64,000 nucleotides of DNA from an uncultured virus (IMG/VR IMGVR_UViG_3300027763_002034) (lineage: Duplodnaviria; Heunggongvirae; Uroviricota; Caudoviricetes): positions 1-64,000 of the IMG/VR virus record IMGVR_UViG_3300027763_002034, one strand, 5' to 3'. The notes below the pieces were generated by a model. The model was not told where the DNA came from and searched no databases. It saw only the letters and a program-made list of their open reading frames with translations. The translations under genes and the position numbers were made by a program. Position 1 is the first letter of the stretch. Each line of letters starts with the position of its first letter. Shown in pieces: positions 1 to 10,906 of this stretch.

Positions 1-2409
1 TGGTGTACCATGTTTTGTAAGATATTCTTCTAAAACTTTCTTACTTGGTCTACTAACTTTCTGAACGTCTCCTGATGATTTCTTTGTACCATTGTTTATA
101 TAATAGATTGTGTCTCCTAATCCTGCCGGATAATCACTTCTCATAATTAATTCCATATGTGCTTGACGAGACATTAATGAACCAGCTTTAGTTGTCTTCT
201 GAACATACTTTCTATAATCATTAATAGATTGTTTAACACGAGCTTTATTTGCAATTTTTGATAACGGAATTTCTTTATTATAAATTTTACTTACAAATTC
301 ATAATATAATTCCACAAAAGATAATCCATCACCATTTAACAAATACTTTAATCCTTCATCTAAAAACTCTACAATATATGTTTGTAATTTTTTTGATTTA
401 ATTGTATTACCTGTTAATTTAATTTTCTCTTTTCCTTTCTTCATCATCTTAATGATATAGTTCTTACGAGAAACATTAATACATGATGGTGCAACATAAT
501 CAATATCTAATCCCATTTCATTTCTCATAAAGATATCATTGAACTCTGCAGTATCCGCTTCAATACCTTTATATTCTTTTCCTAATGTAACCATTTCATT
601 TAATCCTTTACCAATATAAACCGTATCATCAATATTCGGTGGTGTTTCAAAGTTTACACCATCCGTGTCCATTACGAGAGGTTTATAACCTTTCTTCATA
701 TAAAACATAATCATCATTCTTAAACACTGACGACCAACACAGGTAATGGTTTCACCCATATTCATATCCCCCCAAGGGAATACTTGTGGTGCGGATAAAC
801 TACCGAAATACGCATTGATAAAAATCTTAATTGGTAATTGTTTTCTATCATACATTTCAGCAAGAACTGGATCACTATTTTTTAATTCACCGGCAAGTAA
901 TTTATATTTGATACGAATATCACGGAAATATTTTAACATTGATTTCTGAACACCCATCACATCACAATCAGGAAACACATCATATACAAGTTGAATAGAT
1001 GGATAGAGTGATGCATAGTCAAACTTAACAATATTCTTTGAATAACCTACGTTAAGTAATCTTGATAAACCACCAGTGATTGCACGTTTCTCGTCTTTTG
1101 CTGGTATTGCTAAATTGTTTTCATAAGACCATGCTAACATAATAATTTTCCATAGTGTTGCAGTTCCCATTGTTGCAATTCTTTCATACGTGGTAGGTAC
1201 GAGTTTTGATAATAAGAATGTTGATTGAGAAAATGAATCATCTACAACCATGGTCTCGTACAAGTCATCATCAAGATATTGTTCTACAATTTTTCTTCCT
1301 GTCCATATCTCAAATTTACCAGGATATTTCTGTGTTAAATTTTCTGTACCAGGTTCTCCAATTTGTTTATAATTTCCTGTCTTTGGATTTACATAATAAC
1401 TTTCGTTATCAAGATATATTTTGGAAATCTTTGCACCATCCACATAAACCCGATTAGGTTTTTCTTTCTCCAAATATGTGGTAATATATTTCAACCCCCA
1501 ACTTTTAATTTCAGAGTTGATTGCCTGAGCACGTCTTACGGAATGTGCAATATCAATAATATTGAATCCCCATATAACGTGTTGTTTATATGGTTCAATT
1601 TCATTTGCAAGTTTTAACATTCCTTCTTTCTCTTTCATTCCTTGCGTTGTGAATATTTGTGTAAGACCATTAACGTCAACACCAAGTATTTCTGCACGTT
1701 TTAATATAAATGGCCAGTCAAAGAACGCGGAGTTATAACCTGCAACAATGGTTGGTTTTAAATCTTTAATATATTTGAAAAATCTTTCAATACATTTCTT
1801 TTCCCCATCTTCACCAAATGCAGCAATGGTTTCATTCATACCACGATTATCTTTAACCCCTATTAATATAATAACACAAGTTTCAGGGTCAAGACCAGTG
1901 GTCTCAATATCAAATACAAATCTATTAACACCACTATACTCATCAATACCTTTAAATAATCTTTTTTTCTTTTGTATAAGATATTGTTCAACAGGGTTTA
2001 ATACAGTAAAATGATGTCTTACTTTTTCGTCCCATGGATTTAATCCGCCCATTCTAAAGAACGATACTAAATCCGTATATGATTTAATACTCTTAACGAT
2101 ATGGGTCATACCATTTTCTAAACGTTCGTTGCCGTGAGTATCTAACTTCTCAATTAATATTCCAAACTCACCCATACGTTTCTTTTGCATGGCCTTTGAG
2201 TTGTTATAGAAATTTAATCCTGTTAAATCACCCACCCATATAAACGGTGTAAATGTATCAGATTTAATAATTTTTCCTTCAATTGGGTCTTGGATAATTT
2301 TCCAAATTGTATTGGTTGGGTAGTCATATTCAACTCCGACGATATACATTTCGTCGTCACCACCATTGAGGAAGCCTTCAATAACTTCCTGAGAGATAAC
2401 CTCTTTCAT
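1..2409 (-). CDS. polB: Family B DNA polymerase with 3'-5' exonuclease (C-terminus runs off window start; not in ORF track)
   Basis: Manual translation from ATG at 2409: ExoI FDIETTG, ExoII GYNSAFFDWP, motif A KFDYASLYPS, motif B KIFINAYFG, motif C MDTDG. Confidence 0.95.
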   Translation of the reverse strand, partial: MKEVISQEVIEGFLNGGDDEMYIVGVEYDYPTNTIWKIIQDPIEGKIIKSDTFTPFIWVGDLTGLNFYNNSKAMQKKRMGEFGILIEKLDTHGNERLENGMTHIVKSIKSYTDLVSFFRMGGLNPWDEKVRHHFTVLNPVEQYLIQKKKRLFKGIDEYSGVNRFVFDIETTGLDPETCVIILIGVKDNRGMNETIAAFGEDGEKKCIERFFKYIKDLKPTIVAGYNSAFFDWPFILKRAEILGVDVNGLTQIFTTQGMKEKEGMLKLANEIEPYKQHVIWGFNIIDIAHSVRRAQAINSEIKSWGLKYITTYLEKEKPNRVYVDGAKISKIYLDNESYYVNPKTGNYKQIGEPGTENLTQKYPGKFEIWTGRKIVEQYLDDDLYETMVVDDSFSQSTFLLSKLVPTTYERIATMGTATLWKIIMLAWSYENNLAIPAKDEKRAITGGLSRLLNVGYSKNIVKFDYASLYPSIQLVYDVFPDCDVMGVQKSMLKYFRDIRIKYKLLAGELKNSDPVLAEMYDRKQLPIKIFINAYFGSLSAPQVFPWGDMNMGETITCVGRQCLRMMIMFYMKKGYKPLVMDTDGVNFETPPNIDDTVYIGKGLNEMVTLGKEYKGIEADTAEFNDIFMRNEMGLDIDYVAPSCINVSRKNYIIKMMKKGKEKIKLTGNTIKSKKLQTYIVEFLDEGLKYLLNGDGLSFVELYYEFVSKIYNKEIPLSKIANKARVKQSINDYRKYVQKTTKAGSLMSRQAHMELIMRSDYPAGLGDTIYYINNGTKKSSGDVQKVSRPSKKVLEEYLTKHGTP

Positions 2410-2500
2410 GTTTTATATTTTTTTAATGTGACGTATTAGCTTGTGGATAACCACAGTTTGCCTTGTTTACATTAATAAATATACATAAAAAAATCGGTAA

Positions 2501-2532
2501 TAAAAAAAAGGAGGACTTTTTGGGTCCTCCTT
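2501..2532 (-). terminator. Intrinsic terminator after the DUF1566 gene
   Basis: Hairpin AAGGAGGAC-N7-GTCCTCCTT preceded on + by an A-run (U-run on -). Confidence 0.75.
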
Positions 2533-2552
2533 GTGAATTATTTGTTTTACGT

Positions 2553-3380
2553 TTAGAAGCTTCTCACTGCACGTACATATAAATCAGAGTTCTTAGGTGT
2601 TGCAGTTACAAAACCATTAGTGAAATCTTGGTAATATGCTGCAGATGCAATGTGATATTCCGTAGAAGACCAATAGGCGTCATTCGCAAAACCTCCAATA
2701 GAAGCTTTGTTTGTATATAATGCATTTAACTCATCTTTACTTGGTAAATACCAATCAGAATATCCACTTTGTGTTAAATCTCCACAAATTCTAGCTGCAA
2801 TTCCTGCGGTAGCACATCCAGCCATTATATCTATTGTATTTTGATTTCCAGTTCCTATAGCGGTACCATCTGCACCCGATATCGCCGTTCCAATACATCC
2901 CCATGATGCATTACCTGAAGAAACATCTGCAACTGTAGCAACTAATCCTGATGTACCTGTAGAACCACCACCATCAATATAAGCGATTATACCACCTAAG
3001 GCTGCTTGACCTATAGTATAAGTTACTGGAGCACCTGGTAAATCACCAAGAGTTAATTCTGCACTTAAAACTGCCATATTTGCTTGACCATCAGCCCACG
3101 CCAATACATTTTCTATTGTACTACCTGTAGCACCAATTGCTAATAACATACCAATACATTGAGCATTGTTAGATGCCACATGAATACTTGGACCTTGTGA
3201 TGCTTTATCTACGTAAATGGTGTATCCACCTACTGGTGGTTTTACTCCGTTCCAAAAACCTGTTGATGAGGTTGGGCCATAATCGGCACCCTCCTTTACT
3301 CCAACGCTGAAGCCACCTCTTGTGGCTGAACTTATTCCGGATGCTCCGAATTTAAAATGATTTGTACTTGGTTGTGACAT
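2553..3380 (-). CDS. Putative virion fibre/decoration protein, C-terminal DUF1566/Lcl (C-type lectin-fold) domain
   Basis: WYLPSKDEL, YWSSTE, VRAVRSF motifs; N-terminal ~115 aa shared with 3398..4468. Confidence 0.75.
   Translation of the reverse strand: MSQPSTNHFKFGASGISSATRGGFSVGVKEGADYGPTSSTGFWNGVKPPVGGYTIYVDKASQGPSIHVASNNAQCIGMLLAIGATGSTIENVLAWADGQANMAVLSAELTLGDLPGAPVTYTIGQAALGGIIAYIDGGGSTGTSGLVATVADVSSGNASWGCIGTAISGADGTAIGTGNQNTIDIMAGCATAGIAARICGDLTQSGYSDWYLPSKDELNALYTNKASIGGFANDAYWSSTEYHIASAAYYQDFTNGFVTATPKNSDLYVRAVRSF
3031..3370. repeat. Diverged direct repeat copy 1 (encodes shared N-terminal domain); copy 2 at ~4125..4460
   Basis: Long near-identical blocks, e.g. CCATATTTGCTTGACCATCAGCCCACGCCAATACATTTTCTATTGTACTACCTGT in both. 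Confidence 0.9.
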
Positions 3381-3397
3381 ATATTTTTTGTTTTATT

Positions 3398-4468
3398 TTA
3401 TAATCCAAATCTTGATTTTACAGTGTTAAAGTTTTGAGTGACTTCAGTTGAATTTAATGCTCGATTATAAACTCTTAATGTATTTAATCGTCCGTCAAAT
3501 GCTGAACAACAACCATCATAAGATATGTTAGGTGCTGCTAATGACATTCCTGAACGTGGCGAAATACCCGTTGATCCTTTTGATATACCGTTTGAATATG
3601 CATATATATTAACACCTCCACCTAATGCGTTCGTTCTATCAAATACTCCAACAATATGATACCATGCTCCAACAGTTACACTTCCGTTACCTACAGTTGC
3701 ATTATCAGTTCCACTACCATCTCCAATCATAAAGTATAAAGAATCATCATTAAGAATACCAAATCTATAACCATCACCTGTACCTGAATTTAAGAATATA
3801 GAATTTTGTCCATTCCCAAAGTTGTAAGATGATATATAATACATAAATTCAATTGTGAAACCATTAGTTTGTGGTATTCCAGTATTAGTTGCAAATGTAA
3901 ATCCTTGTACACTTGTATCGTGGTTGTATATGTATTTATTGTTATTAGATAAGTTAAAGTAACTAGCTGCACCGTTACTTACAAATGTTGGGTTAGAACT
4001 AGTCATTGTAGCTGTATATCCATTTCCACTTAAGTCATTCCAAACTGTTCCAGTTCCGGAATATGAAGAAACATTTCCAGCATCCAAGTTTAATACTAAA
4101 CCTGATGTTACAATACTTGGTCCCGCACCTGGTAAATCACCTATAACTAATTCTTCACTTAAAACTACCATATTTGCTTGACCATCAGCCCACGCCAATA
4201 CATTTTCTATTGTACTACCTGTGGCACCCATCGCCAATAACATACCAATACATTGTGAATTGTTAGACGCAACGTGTATACTAGGACCTTGTGAAGCTTT
4301 ATCTACGTAAATGGTGTATCCACTTACTGGTGGAGTTACTCCGTTCCAAAAACCTGTTGTTGATGTTGGTCCGTAATCGGCCCCTTCTTTTACTCCAACA
4401 CTAAAACCGCCTCTAGTTGCTGAACTTATTCCTGAGGCTCCGAATTTAAAATGATTTGTTGATGGCAT
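3398..4468 (-). CDS. Putative virion fibre protein, C-terminal LamG/concanavalin-like domain
   Basis: GLVLNLDAGN..SYSGTGT.W.DLSGNG, WYHIVGV, RVYNRAL..EV.QNF motifs. Confidence 0.8.
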   Translation of the reverse strand: MPSTNHFKFGASGISSATRGGFSVGVKEGADYGPTSTTGFWNGVTPPVSGYTIYVDKASQGPSIHVASNNSQCIGMLLAMGATGSTIENVLAWADGQANMVVLSEELVIGDLPGAGPSIVTSGLVLNLDAGNVSSYSGTGTVWNDLSGNGYTATMTSSNPTFVSNGAASYFNLSNNNKYIYNHDTSVQGFTFATNTGIPQTNGFTIEFMYYISSYNFGNGQNSIFLNSGTGDGYRFGILNDDSLYFMIGDGSGTDNATVGNGSVTVGAWYHIVGVFDRTNALGGGVNIYAYSNGISKGSTGISPRSGMSLAAPNISYDGCCSAFDGRLNTLRVYNRALNSTEVTQNFNTVKSRFGL

Positions 4469-4517
4469 CTATTTTTTGTTTATCATAAATAGTATAAATT
4501 CTACTAATGAAATGAAA

Positions 4518-4871
4518 TTAAAAAATATTAATGTAAAGTTTTTCTTTAACAGGTAATATAAGTTTATTACCATTATCAAACGACACATTTACCTTTCCTT
4601 CAAATTTACCTATTTCAGATGTCTGTTCTTCGGTAAATCTATAAATGATATAATATTCATCAGTCGTTTGGTTATATAGTTTTGTTCTTGTTGTGATATT
4701 ACAAGTTTCATTTAATAACACGGGTTCACCGGTACTAACATCAAACATGTCAAATGTGATTGTTGCATTTTCCAATAAATCGTTAAATGATGATTTGTCG
4801 TTTTTACCATCATCAATCATCCTCAATTTTAATATTGGGTCAGATGCCCCTTGTCTTATAAAGAATTCCAT
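4518..4871 (-). CDS. BppU N-terminal-like baseplate/adaptor Ig-fold protein
   Basis: FFIRQGASDPILKLRM start, YRFTEEQT..IGKFEG..LILP pattern typical of BppU_N-like proteins. Confidence 0.55.
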   Translation of the reverse strand: MEFFIRQGASDPILKLRMIDDGKNDKSSFNDLLENATITFDMFDVSTGEPVLLNETCNITTRTKLYNQTTDEYYIIYRFTEEQTSEIGKFEGKVNVSFDNGNKLILPVKEKLYINIF

Positions 4872-4893
4872 ATGTTATAAATATATATTTTTA

Positions 4894-7764
4894 TTATAAA
4901 CCGTATCTTGACTTGGTGTTATTATATTCGTCTGAAATATTGGAATCACTTCTCAATGTTTTATATACTCTAAATTCACCTAAATTAGCATTCATAAAGA
5001 ACGCATCATCAATAAATGACCCAATAACCCAAGGTTGGTTTGTTATAACACCAACAGATGTAATCTGTTCAGCACCTAAAAGAATACCATTATGGTAAAA
5101 ACTAATTTTTCTATTGGTCTTATCAAACTTATATGCAATATGTTGCCAAGTATTTCCTATTATTGGTTGGCTACTTGTAAAACGTGTTGAACCACCGCTT
5201 GCACCCGCATTTTCAAACAACATTTGATTAGAATAGGCGTTAATATCATTATAATTAAGTCTCCACACCATTTTAAATCCAGGGCTAGATGAATTTTGTA
5301 CAGCATTTGACATTAATGTAATGAAATAATCGTTATGTTCGTAATCACGAGGATAAATCCAAGCTGTAGTTGTCATTTCATTTCCAAAATCAAATGTGTC
5401 AAATGTAATTTTATTTCTTAAGTTTGCAAAAGTGTTTCCACTAAAATTAAATACTCCACGAGCAATTCCACTTTCAAATGTTACACCACTTATAGTACCT
5501 AACGTTCCACTAACATTTCCCAATGTACCAATATTTGTTAATGTTGTACCACCAGAGTATGACAAAGCATTTGCAGCGTCGTAAAAAATCTCTGCGGTGT
5601 TAGTATATGTACTCAATATAGTTGGAGTAGGTGTTACCGTGTTTGTTGGCGTTATAGTTGGTGTTGGTGTATTTGTAGGTGTCTCCGTAGGTGTAACCGT
5701 ATTTGTTGGTGTAGGTGTTGGAGTTTCACTTCCTGTTGGTGTTGGTGTATTGGTAGGCGTAACCGTAGGTGTTGGGGTATTAGTAGGGGTTTCAGTAACA
5801 GTAGGTGTTGGTGTATTAGTTGGAGTTTCAGTAACAGTAGGTGTTGGTGTTGGAGTTTCACTTCCTGTTGGTGTTGGTGTATTGGTAGGTGTAACCGTAG
5901 GTGTTGGCGTTGAGGTAGGAGTTTCAGTATTTGTTGGTGTAGGTGTTGGTGTTGGAGTTTGATTACCATTTAAGAAGTAACCATTTTTGGATGATATATT
6001 AAATTCAAATTTATCAACAATTTCAAATGCCTCGCAATTTTGTGTATTACTTGTTATAATTGTACCGTTAGATTTAACTAATTTTGTTTGAGTGGCACCT
6101 GTATTAATAAATGTGTAACCATCTTGAATCGGTGTTCCTCCTTTCCACATTGTTGATTTCATAATAACAGGTATAAATCCTTTTGAACCGTACCATGTTG
6201 CCGTAAACGTTAATTCTAAATCTGTTGTGGAGGGATACTGTGTTTTAAATTTATTTAAATCAAATAAAATTGCCTCAGTTCCTGTTCCTAAATTATCACC
6301 ACCATAAAGTAAAAATGGATCAATCCAATTTCCATTAGACGGTCCATTAGACGATGATGCACATGTTCCAACATAATCACCAGGTAAACCATTGGTAAAG
6401 TCATTATTCATTATTAATGGATTAGATACATAAGTCATAGTATCCATATCAGAACCATCACTAAAGAAATATTCACATAACATATAATCAAAATCAAAAT
6501 TAAATAACCCTGTTTCAAATACTGGTGCCTGTGTAGGTGATGGGGTTATAGTTGGTGTATTGGTTGGCGTTACAGTATTGGTTGGTGTGATACTAGGTGT
6601 TGGTGTTGGTGTTGGTGTTCCTGTCTGTGTAGGTGTTGGGGTCGGTGTTACCGTTTTAGTTGGAGTAATACTCGGAGTTGGTGTTGGTGTAGGACTTGGT
6701 AAAACATCTGAACAACCATATATTGAATAATTTGGTTTAATTGATGTTAAATAATGATGATTAACATGAACAAAATCCAACGGTTCTTCAAAATACTTAA
6801 CTTGTTTTAAAACACCATTAAGACCATTACTACCAAAAATTTGTACGATTTCATTTTCAGAAGACCTTAATGATGGAATTATTTCCTCAAAGTTTTCTAA
6901 TTTATATATTCTTTTACCGTTATGATAAATTTTAAGTGTTCCTAATCTTTTTTGTTTTTCGCTGGCCCATTTCTTATTTAATTCTTCAACATAACTATAT
7001 TCAGTATCACCCGTAATCCAATTTAATGAACCTGTAGTCATTGTGTATCCTGTGGTGATTTGTGTTGAATGTCCTATAAATGAACCCGAAAAGAAACTAC
7101 CAGTATCTCCAGTCGTCGGAGCCCATAATTCATCAGTATAACTAACCGCGTGCGGACCTAATATTAAATCATTAAATCCTCCCTCATTCTCAATCTCACA
7201 ATCATAAAGATATGTGTATCTATCAAATGTGATTGTAATATTAAAATCGTCATATATTCCATTCGCACACAATTCAGGAGTATTACCTGTTAATGTGTAA
7301 TATGACTCCGTGTACCCGCTATCTGGATTACACGACCCCGAATAATGGTAAGATTCCCATTTTATTTTTTTATTATTGGTAAATGAGAATGTTAAATTAT
7401 TATCCGCGTAATTCCCATTGGCTAAATCATCTTTAATTCCTAAATAGTAAAATGTCGATCCAGTTACTAATCTATCGAAAACTAAATCTAATGTCCAACC
7501 CTTCTCTGTTCTTCTACGAACAGTAAAATCACAGGTACCGCCAGTGTATGGTTTATTTACCTCTACTTCCCAAGGTGAAGTTAGTCCTGTTAAACAAGAA
7601 GAATCTATTGTTAGTCCTGTATATGTTATTTCCGTATCGAAATCTAAGACCTCTTCATTATAATCCATTTGAACTTTTGATAGTTCATAGTCATATAATT
7701 CGGAATAATCTACCTTCAAATCGAGTTTGGAACCGTAAAATCTTAAAATATTCTGATTAGCCAT
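4894..7764 (-). CDS. Large virion/tail-associated protein with Pro-Thr linkers and C-terminal LamG domain
   Basis: Two (PT)n tracts, C-terminal WQHIAY/FRVY LamG motifs; start moved to ATG 7764 just downstream of a TATTTAT motif. Confidence 0.7.
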   Translation of the reverse strand: MANQNILRFYGSKLDLKVDYSELYDYELSKVQMDYNEEVLDFDTEITYTGLTIDSSCLTGLTSPWEVEVNKPYTGGTCDFTVRRRTEKGWTLDLVFDRLVTGSTFYYLGIKDDLANGNYADNNLTFSFTNNKKIKWESYHYSGSCNPDSGYTESYYTLTGNTPELCANGIYDDFNITITFDRYTYLYDCEIENEGGFNDLILGPHAVSYTDELWAPTTGDTGSFFSGSFIGHSTQITTGYTMTTGSLNWITGDTEYSYVEELNKKWASEKQKRLGTLKIYHNGKRIYKLENFEEIIPSLRSSENEIVQIFGSNGLNGVLKQVKYFEEPLDFVHVNHHYLTSIKPNYSIYGCSDVLPSPTPTPTPSITPTKTVTPTPTPTQTGTPTPTPTPSITPTNTVTPTNTPTITPSPTQAPVFETGLFNFDFDYMLCEYFFSDGSDMDTMTYVSNPLIMNNDFTNGLPGDYVGTCASSSNGPSNGNWIDPFLLYGGDNLGTGTEAILFDLNKFKTQYPSTTDLELTFTATWYGSKGFIPVIMKSTMWKGGTPIQDGYTFINTGATQTKLVKSNGTIITSNTQNCEAFEIVDKFEFNISSKNGYFLNGNQTPTPTPTPTNTETPTSTPTPTVTPTNTPTPTGSETPTPTPTVTETPTNTPTPTVTETPTNTPTPTVTPTNTPTPTGSETPTPTPTNTVTPTETPTNTPTPTITPTNTVTPTPTILSTYTNTAEIFYDAANALSYSGGTTLTNIGTLGNVSGTLGTISGVTFESGIARGVFNFSGNTFANLRNKITFDTFDFGNEMTTTAWIYPRDYEHNDYFITLMSNAVQNSSSPGFKMVWRLNYNDINAYSNQMLFENAGASGGSTRFTSSQPIIGNTWQHIAYKFDKTNRKISFYHNGILLGAEQITSVGVITNQPWVIGSFIDDAFFMNANLGEFRVYKTLRSDSNISDEYNNTKSRYGL
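5620..5960. repeat. Low-complexity tandem repeat encoding (PT)n / [10 protein letters not shown] linker; shorter tract at ~6530..6700
   Basis: Repeated GGTGTTGGTGT/GTAGGTGTT units. Confidence 0.9.
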
Positions 7765-7765
7765 G

Positions 7766-7806
7766 TTTATATAAATATCTTTCATAACATTTGATATTTA
7801 TATAAA
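7766..7806. promoter_or_regulatory. Back-to-back divergent TATTTAT promoters forming a perfect 14-bp inverted repeat
   Basis: TTTATATAAATATC-N13-GATATTTATATAAA between divergent ATGs at 7764 and 7818. Confidence 0.7.
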
Positions 7807-7817
7807 AGTCCATTTAG

Positions 7818-8603
7818 ATGAATAATTTTATAAAACAGGTAATTGAGGAGAAATTTGCATCAAAAGCACAACAAAGATTCTTCTATGCAAAAGCCAAAGG
7901 GGGTAAAAATAAGAAGTGGTCCAAATGGGCCAAAGAGTTTTCTGATAAGACGGATTATAGTAAAATACCTGATAAGGTAGAGAAAGAAGAAGAAGTGGAT
8001 GAGATTATAGATAAAAATGGTAATATCTTAACAAGTAAAAAACCTTCGGATTTAGATGCTAAAGGTGTTAGTTCCGATTCAACAAGTGACGAAGTGGTGA
8101 GAACGGGTAAAGGTATGATGGGTAATTATGGTATGACCAAGGTTCAAAACTACACAAAGTTTTGGGGAGAGGGTAAATTAACCAAAGGAGAACTAATTGA
8201 AATTGCAATGAAAGATGCTCTTGGATTTGACGCTACAATGGGAAATGACGCAGATTACGAAGAGGCTGAAGAATATTTTGAAAAAGATTTAGGTTTGGAT
8301 AGTGAAGAAACTAAAGATAGAATGGATCAAATGGGATATGACGAAAATTTACCTGACGATAAAGTTAGATTAGTTGAGAACCCAAAGAAGTATATGGAGG
8401 AATATATTGAGAGTATTCTTAAAGGTAGAAGTAAAGATAATGATGTTTTAGAAAAGGAAAAGGAAGAAGTTGAACCAAAAGAGATACATCCAATTATTAA
8501 AAGACAACTTAATTCATTAAAAAATAGTATGGATAATCATAATTTATCAATGGAAACAATTGTAAAATATTTATCTGACGTCGAAGTTAATTTGAAAAAA
8601 TAA
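7818..8603 (+). CDS. Hypothetical protein, probable internal head protein
   Basis: 261-aa ORF; IEE/KFASKAQQRFFYA basic module after Glu site, acidic body. Confidence 0.55.
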   Translation: MNNFIKQVIEEKFASKAQQRFFYAKAKGGKNKKWSKWAKEFSDKTDYSKIPDKVEKEEEVDEIIDKNGNILTSKKPSDLDAKGVSSDSTSDEVVRTGKGMMGNYGMTKVQNYTKFWGEGKLTKGELIEIAMKDALGFDATMGNDADYEEAEEYFEKDLGLDSEETKDRMDQMGYDENLPDDKVRLVENPKKYMEEYIESILKGRSKDNDVLEKEKEEVEPKEIHPIIKRQLNSLKNSMDNHNLSMETIVKYLSDVEVNLKK

Positions 8604-9097
8604 TGAATAAGGATTTAAAACATAGGATATTTGATATACCGCAGAACATTTTAGATAAGATTAACCATACAATCGTTGGTCTTAACGGAACACATGTTCA
8701 TGGTGTACAAAGAGCCAAGAAACTTTTAATGGATAAAAAAGTTAAATACGGACAGTTAAAAAGAATTATACATGACTTACAAAATATTGATAAAATTGGT
8801 GATAGAGTTAGGTATGACTTGGCTGGTGGTGAGTTAATGGATAGATGGTCCAAACAATACCTACAAGGTGAAAGAGATATGGTGAGTAATAGAAAAGACG
8901 GAAGAAAACAGGCTGATGATATTGGTGGGATAACTGGAGAAAGAAAAAATAGTCATTTGAAAAAACATTCAAAAAAACCAGATTTCTTACCTCCGTTGAA
9001 TATGATGAAAAGTAATTCACATAAATCTTCAATATCAAGTATTAAATTATCGGGTTTGTTTGAACAATTACAAAGAATAAAAAAATTAATGTTATAA
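8603..9097 (+). CDS. Hypothetical basic protein with C-terminal LFEQLQRIKKLM motif
   Basis: 164-aa ORF coupled (TAATG) to upstream gene. Confidence 0.6.
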   Translation: MNKDLKHRIFDIPQNILDKINHTIVGLNGTHVHGVQRAKKLLMDKKVKYGQLKRIIHDLQNIDKIGDRVRYDLAGGELMDRWSKQYLQGERDMVSNRKDGRKQADDIGGITGERKNSHLKKHSKKPDFLPPLNMMKSNSHKSSISSIKLSGLFEQLQRIKKLML

Positions 9098-9098
9098 T

Positions 9099-9494
9099 AT
9101 GGCAAAGACACAATTAGAAGTTATCGCTGAAAAATTAAGAACACAAGAAGTTGTTATTAATAGATATTCAGAAAAAAATGGTTATGGTATCACAAGTAAA
9201 AACGCACTTTCCGATGGAGATGAATTAGGTAAAGGACAAGTTGGTGATACGGGTACTGTCGGTTCTTTAACTGATATTAACACAAGAATTCAAATTATGG
9301 CAACCAATAAATATAGTGGTGAAAATGGATATGGTGTTACAAATCCTAATGCTATGTCAGATGGTGACGAATTTGGTAAAGGACAAATTGGTGATAACGG
9401 ACAAGTTGGTTCATTAACTGATATTAATACAAGAATACAAGTTATTAATAAAAATAAATTTGGTGAATCCAACAAATATCCTGATTTCGAATAA
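9099..9494 (+). CDS. Hypothetical protein with two tandem ~49-aa repeats
   Basis: NxYSxxNGYGxTxxNAxSDGDExGKGQxGDxGxVGSLTDINTRIQ occurs twice. Confidence 0.7.
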   Translation: MAKTQLEVIAEKLRTQEVVINRYSEKNGYGITSKNALSDGDELGKGQVGDTGTVGSLTDINTRIQIMATNKYSGENGYGVTNPNAMSDGDEFGKGQIGDNGQVGSLTDINTRIQVINKNKFGESNKYPDFE

Positions 9495-10249
9495 TGAATT
9501 TTAATCAAACATTCTTCGATGTTATTGAAGAACAAAATATATTAAAGACGACTAAAACAAAACCTATTGTTGACGCAATCAAAAGTAGGAATAAAATATC
9601 TTTTTTTTATAGTGGTCCAAGAAAACCCGCAAAAAATAGTGTTAAACCAGGTAATAGAATTGACGCAGAAGCTGTTGCATTAGGTTTAAATAAAAAAGGT
9701 AATTTAGTTGTTCGTGCGTATGTTCAACCACCATCAGTATCCAAAAAAGGATTTGATAAAACAGGTTGGAGAACTTTTATGGTTGGTCGTATGAGTAATT
9801 TAAAGGTTAGTGATAGTAAGTTTGACCAAAAAAGACCTGACTATAAAGAAGGTGATGATAAATCTATGAGTGTTACTTATGTAACTGCTGATTGGACAAA
9901 TAAACCTGAAGTTAAAAAACCAAGGATTGTTAAACCTACAGTTAGTAAACCAACACCTAAACCAGTTCAACCACAACCTACAGAACCTCAACCAGTTGAG
10001 CCTGAAGTTAAACCTACTGAACCTACGGAACCAACACCAACAGAATTACCACAACCAACACCACAAACAAAACCAACAAAGACACCAACGCCACCGAAAG
10101 AACCGACTCAACCAACACCCGAAGAACCTAAAACACAAGAACCTCCTCAACCAAAACCACAGGAAAAACCTGAAGTTAATCCAGAAGAGGATGAAAATAA
10201 AAAACTTCAAGAAAGTATTAAAAACATTAAGCGTTTAATGTTTTCATAA
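9494..10249 (+). CDS. WYL-domain-like protein with Pro-rich tail
   Basis: AIKSRNKISFFY...R..E..ALG...VRAY...GWRTFMVGRMSNL pattern; C-terminal LQESIKNIKRLM. Confidence 0.7.
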   Translation: MNFNQTFFDVIEEQNILKTTKTKPIVDAIKSRNKISFFYSGPRKPAKNSVKPGNRIDAEAVALGLNKKGNLVVRAYVQPPSVSKKGFDKTGWRTFMVGRMSNLKVSDSKFDQKRPDYKEGDDKSMSVTYVTADWTNKPEVKKPRIVKPTVSKPTPKPVQPQPTEPQPVEPEVKPTEPTEPTPTELPQPTPQTKPTKTPTPPKEPTQPTPEEPKTQEPPQPKPQEKPEVNPEEDENKKLQESIKNIKRLMFS

Positions 10250-10282
10250 AAAATATTATATTAAAATAAAATATTTATTAGT

Positions 10283-10855
10283 ATGTCACAAGGAAAAGGA
10301 ACAATATCATCTAACGATTTAATGCAAAAATTAGTTAACGCTAAAAAGGTTATGAATAAAGTAGACGGCGGAAACTACGAAAGAGGTCATGTAAATGAAG
10401 AAATGTTAAGGTCTAACCCTGAAGATTTAATGAATAGTCAAGATTTACCACAACAATCTTCTACAAAACAAATGGGAATGCCGTCAGTTGATAAAATACA
10501 AAATTCTAAATTACCTGACGCAATTAAAAAAGCAATGATTGAGAATCCAATTCAACAAATATCTTTAAATGACACACTTGATATGGATTTCTTAAAAGGT
10601 GCTAAAAGATTAATGGAACAAGAAGGTGTTGGTAAAAAACAACCACAACAAAAACAAGTAGTACAATATAATAATAATATTGATATGGGGGCAATTGCCA
10701 CACTTATTGAAAATACAGTTCGTAAAGTAATGGACGAAAAGTTAAATCAAATATTATCAGCATCAACCACTGCGTCAATTAACGAAAATTTAGTATTAAA
10801 AGTGGGTGATTCCATATTCAAAGGTAAAATCACTGGCGTAAATAAAGCAAAGTAA
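10283..10855 (+). CDS. Hypothetical protein
   Basis: 190-aa ORF preceded by TATTTAT motif. Confidence 0.6.
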   Translation: MSQGKGTISSNDLMQKLVNAKKVMNKVDGGNYERGHVNEEMLRSNPEDLMNSQDLPQQSSTKQMGMPSVDKIQNSKLPDAIKKAMIENPIQQISLNDTLDMDFLKGAKRLMEQEGVGKKQPQQKQVVQYNNNIDMGAIATLIENTVRKVMDEKLNQILSASTTASINENLVLKVGDSIFKGKITGVNKAK

Positions 10856-10906
10856 TTTTGTTTTCTCATTTTTATTTCTTATATTATAGACATATAATAG
10901 TAATTA

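Noticed and set aside
746..2014. Short + strand ORFs
   Set aside because: Antisense to the polymerase gene
2440..2466. c-di-GMP-I riboswitch (AAGGCAAAC start) in polB leader
   Set aside because: Lacks the GNRA tetraloop, GACGCAAAG segment and second stem
2553..2800. DUF1566 domain as a diversity-generating retroelement target
   Set aside because: No reverse transcriptase and no adenine-variant template repeat of the C-terminus seen in this window; the repeat present covers the N-terminus
5597..5969. ORFs 5597..5962(+) and 5652..5969(-)
   Set aside because: Shadow frames of the Pro-Thr repeat
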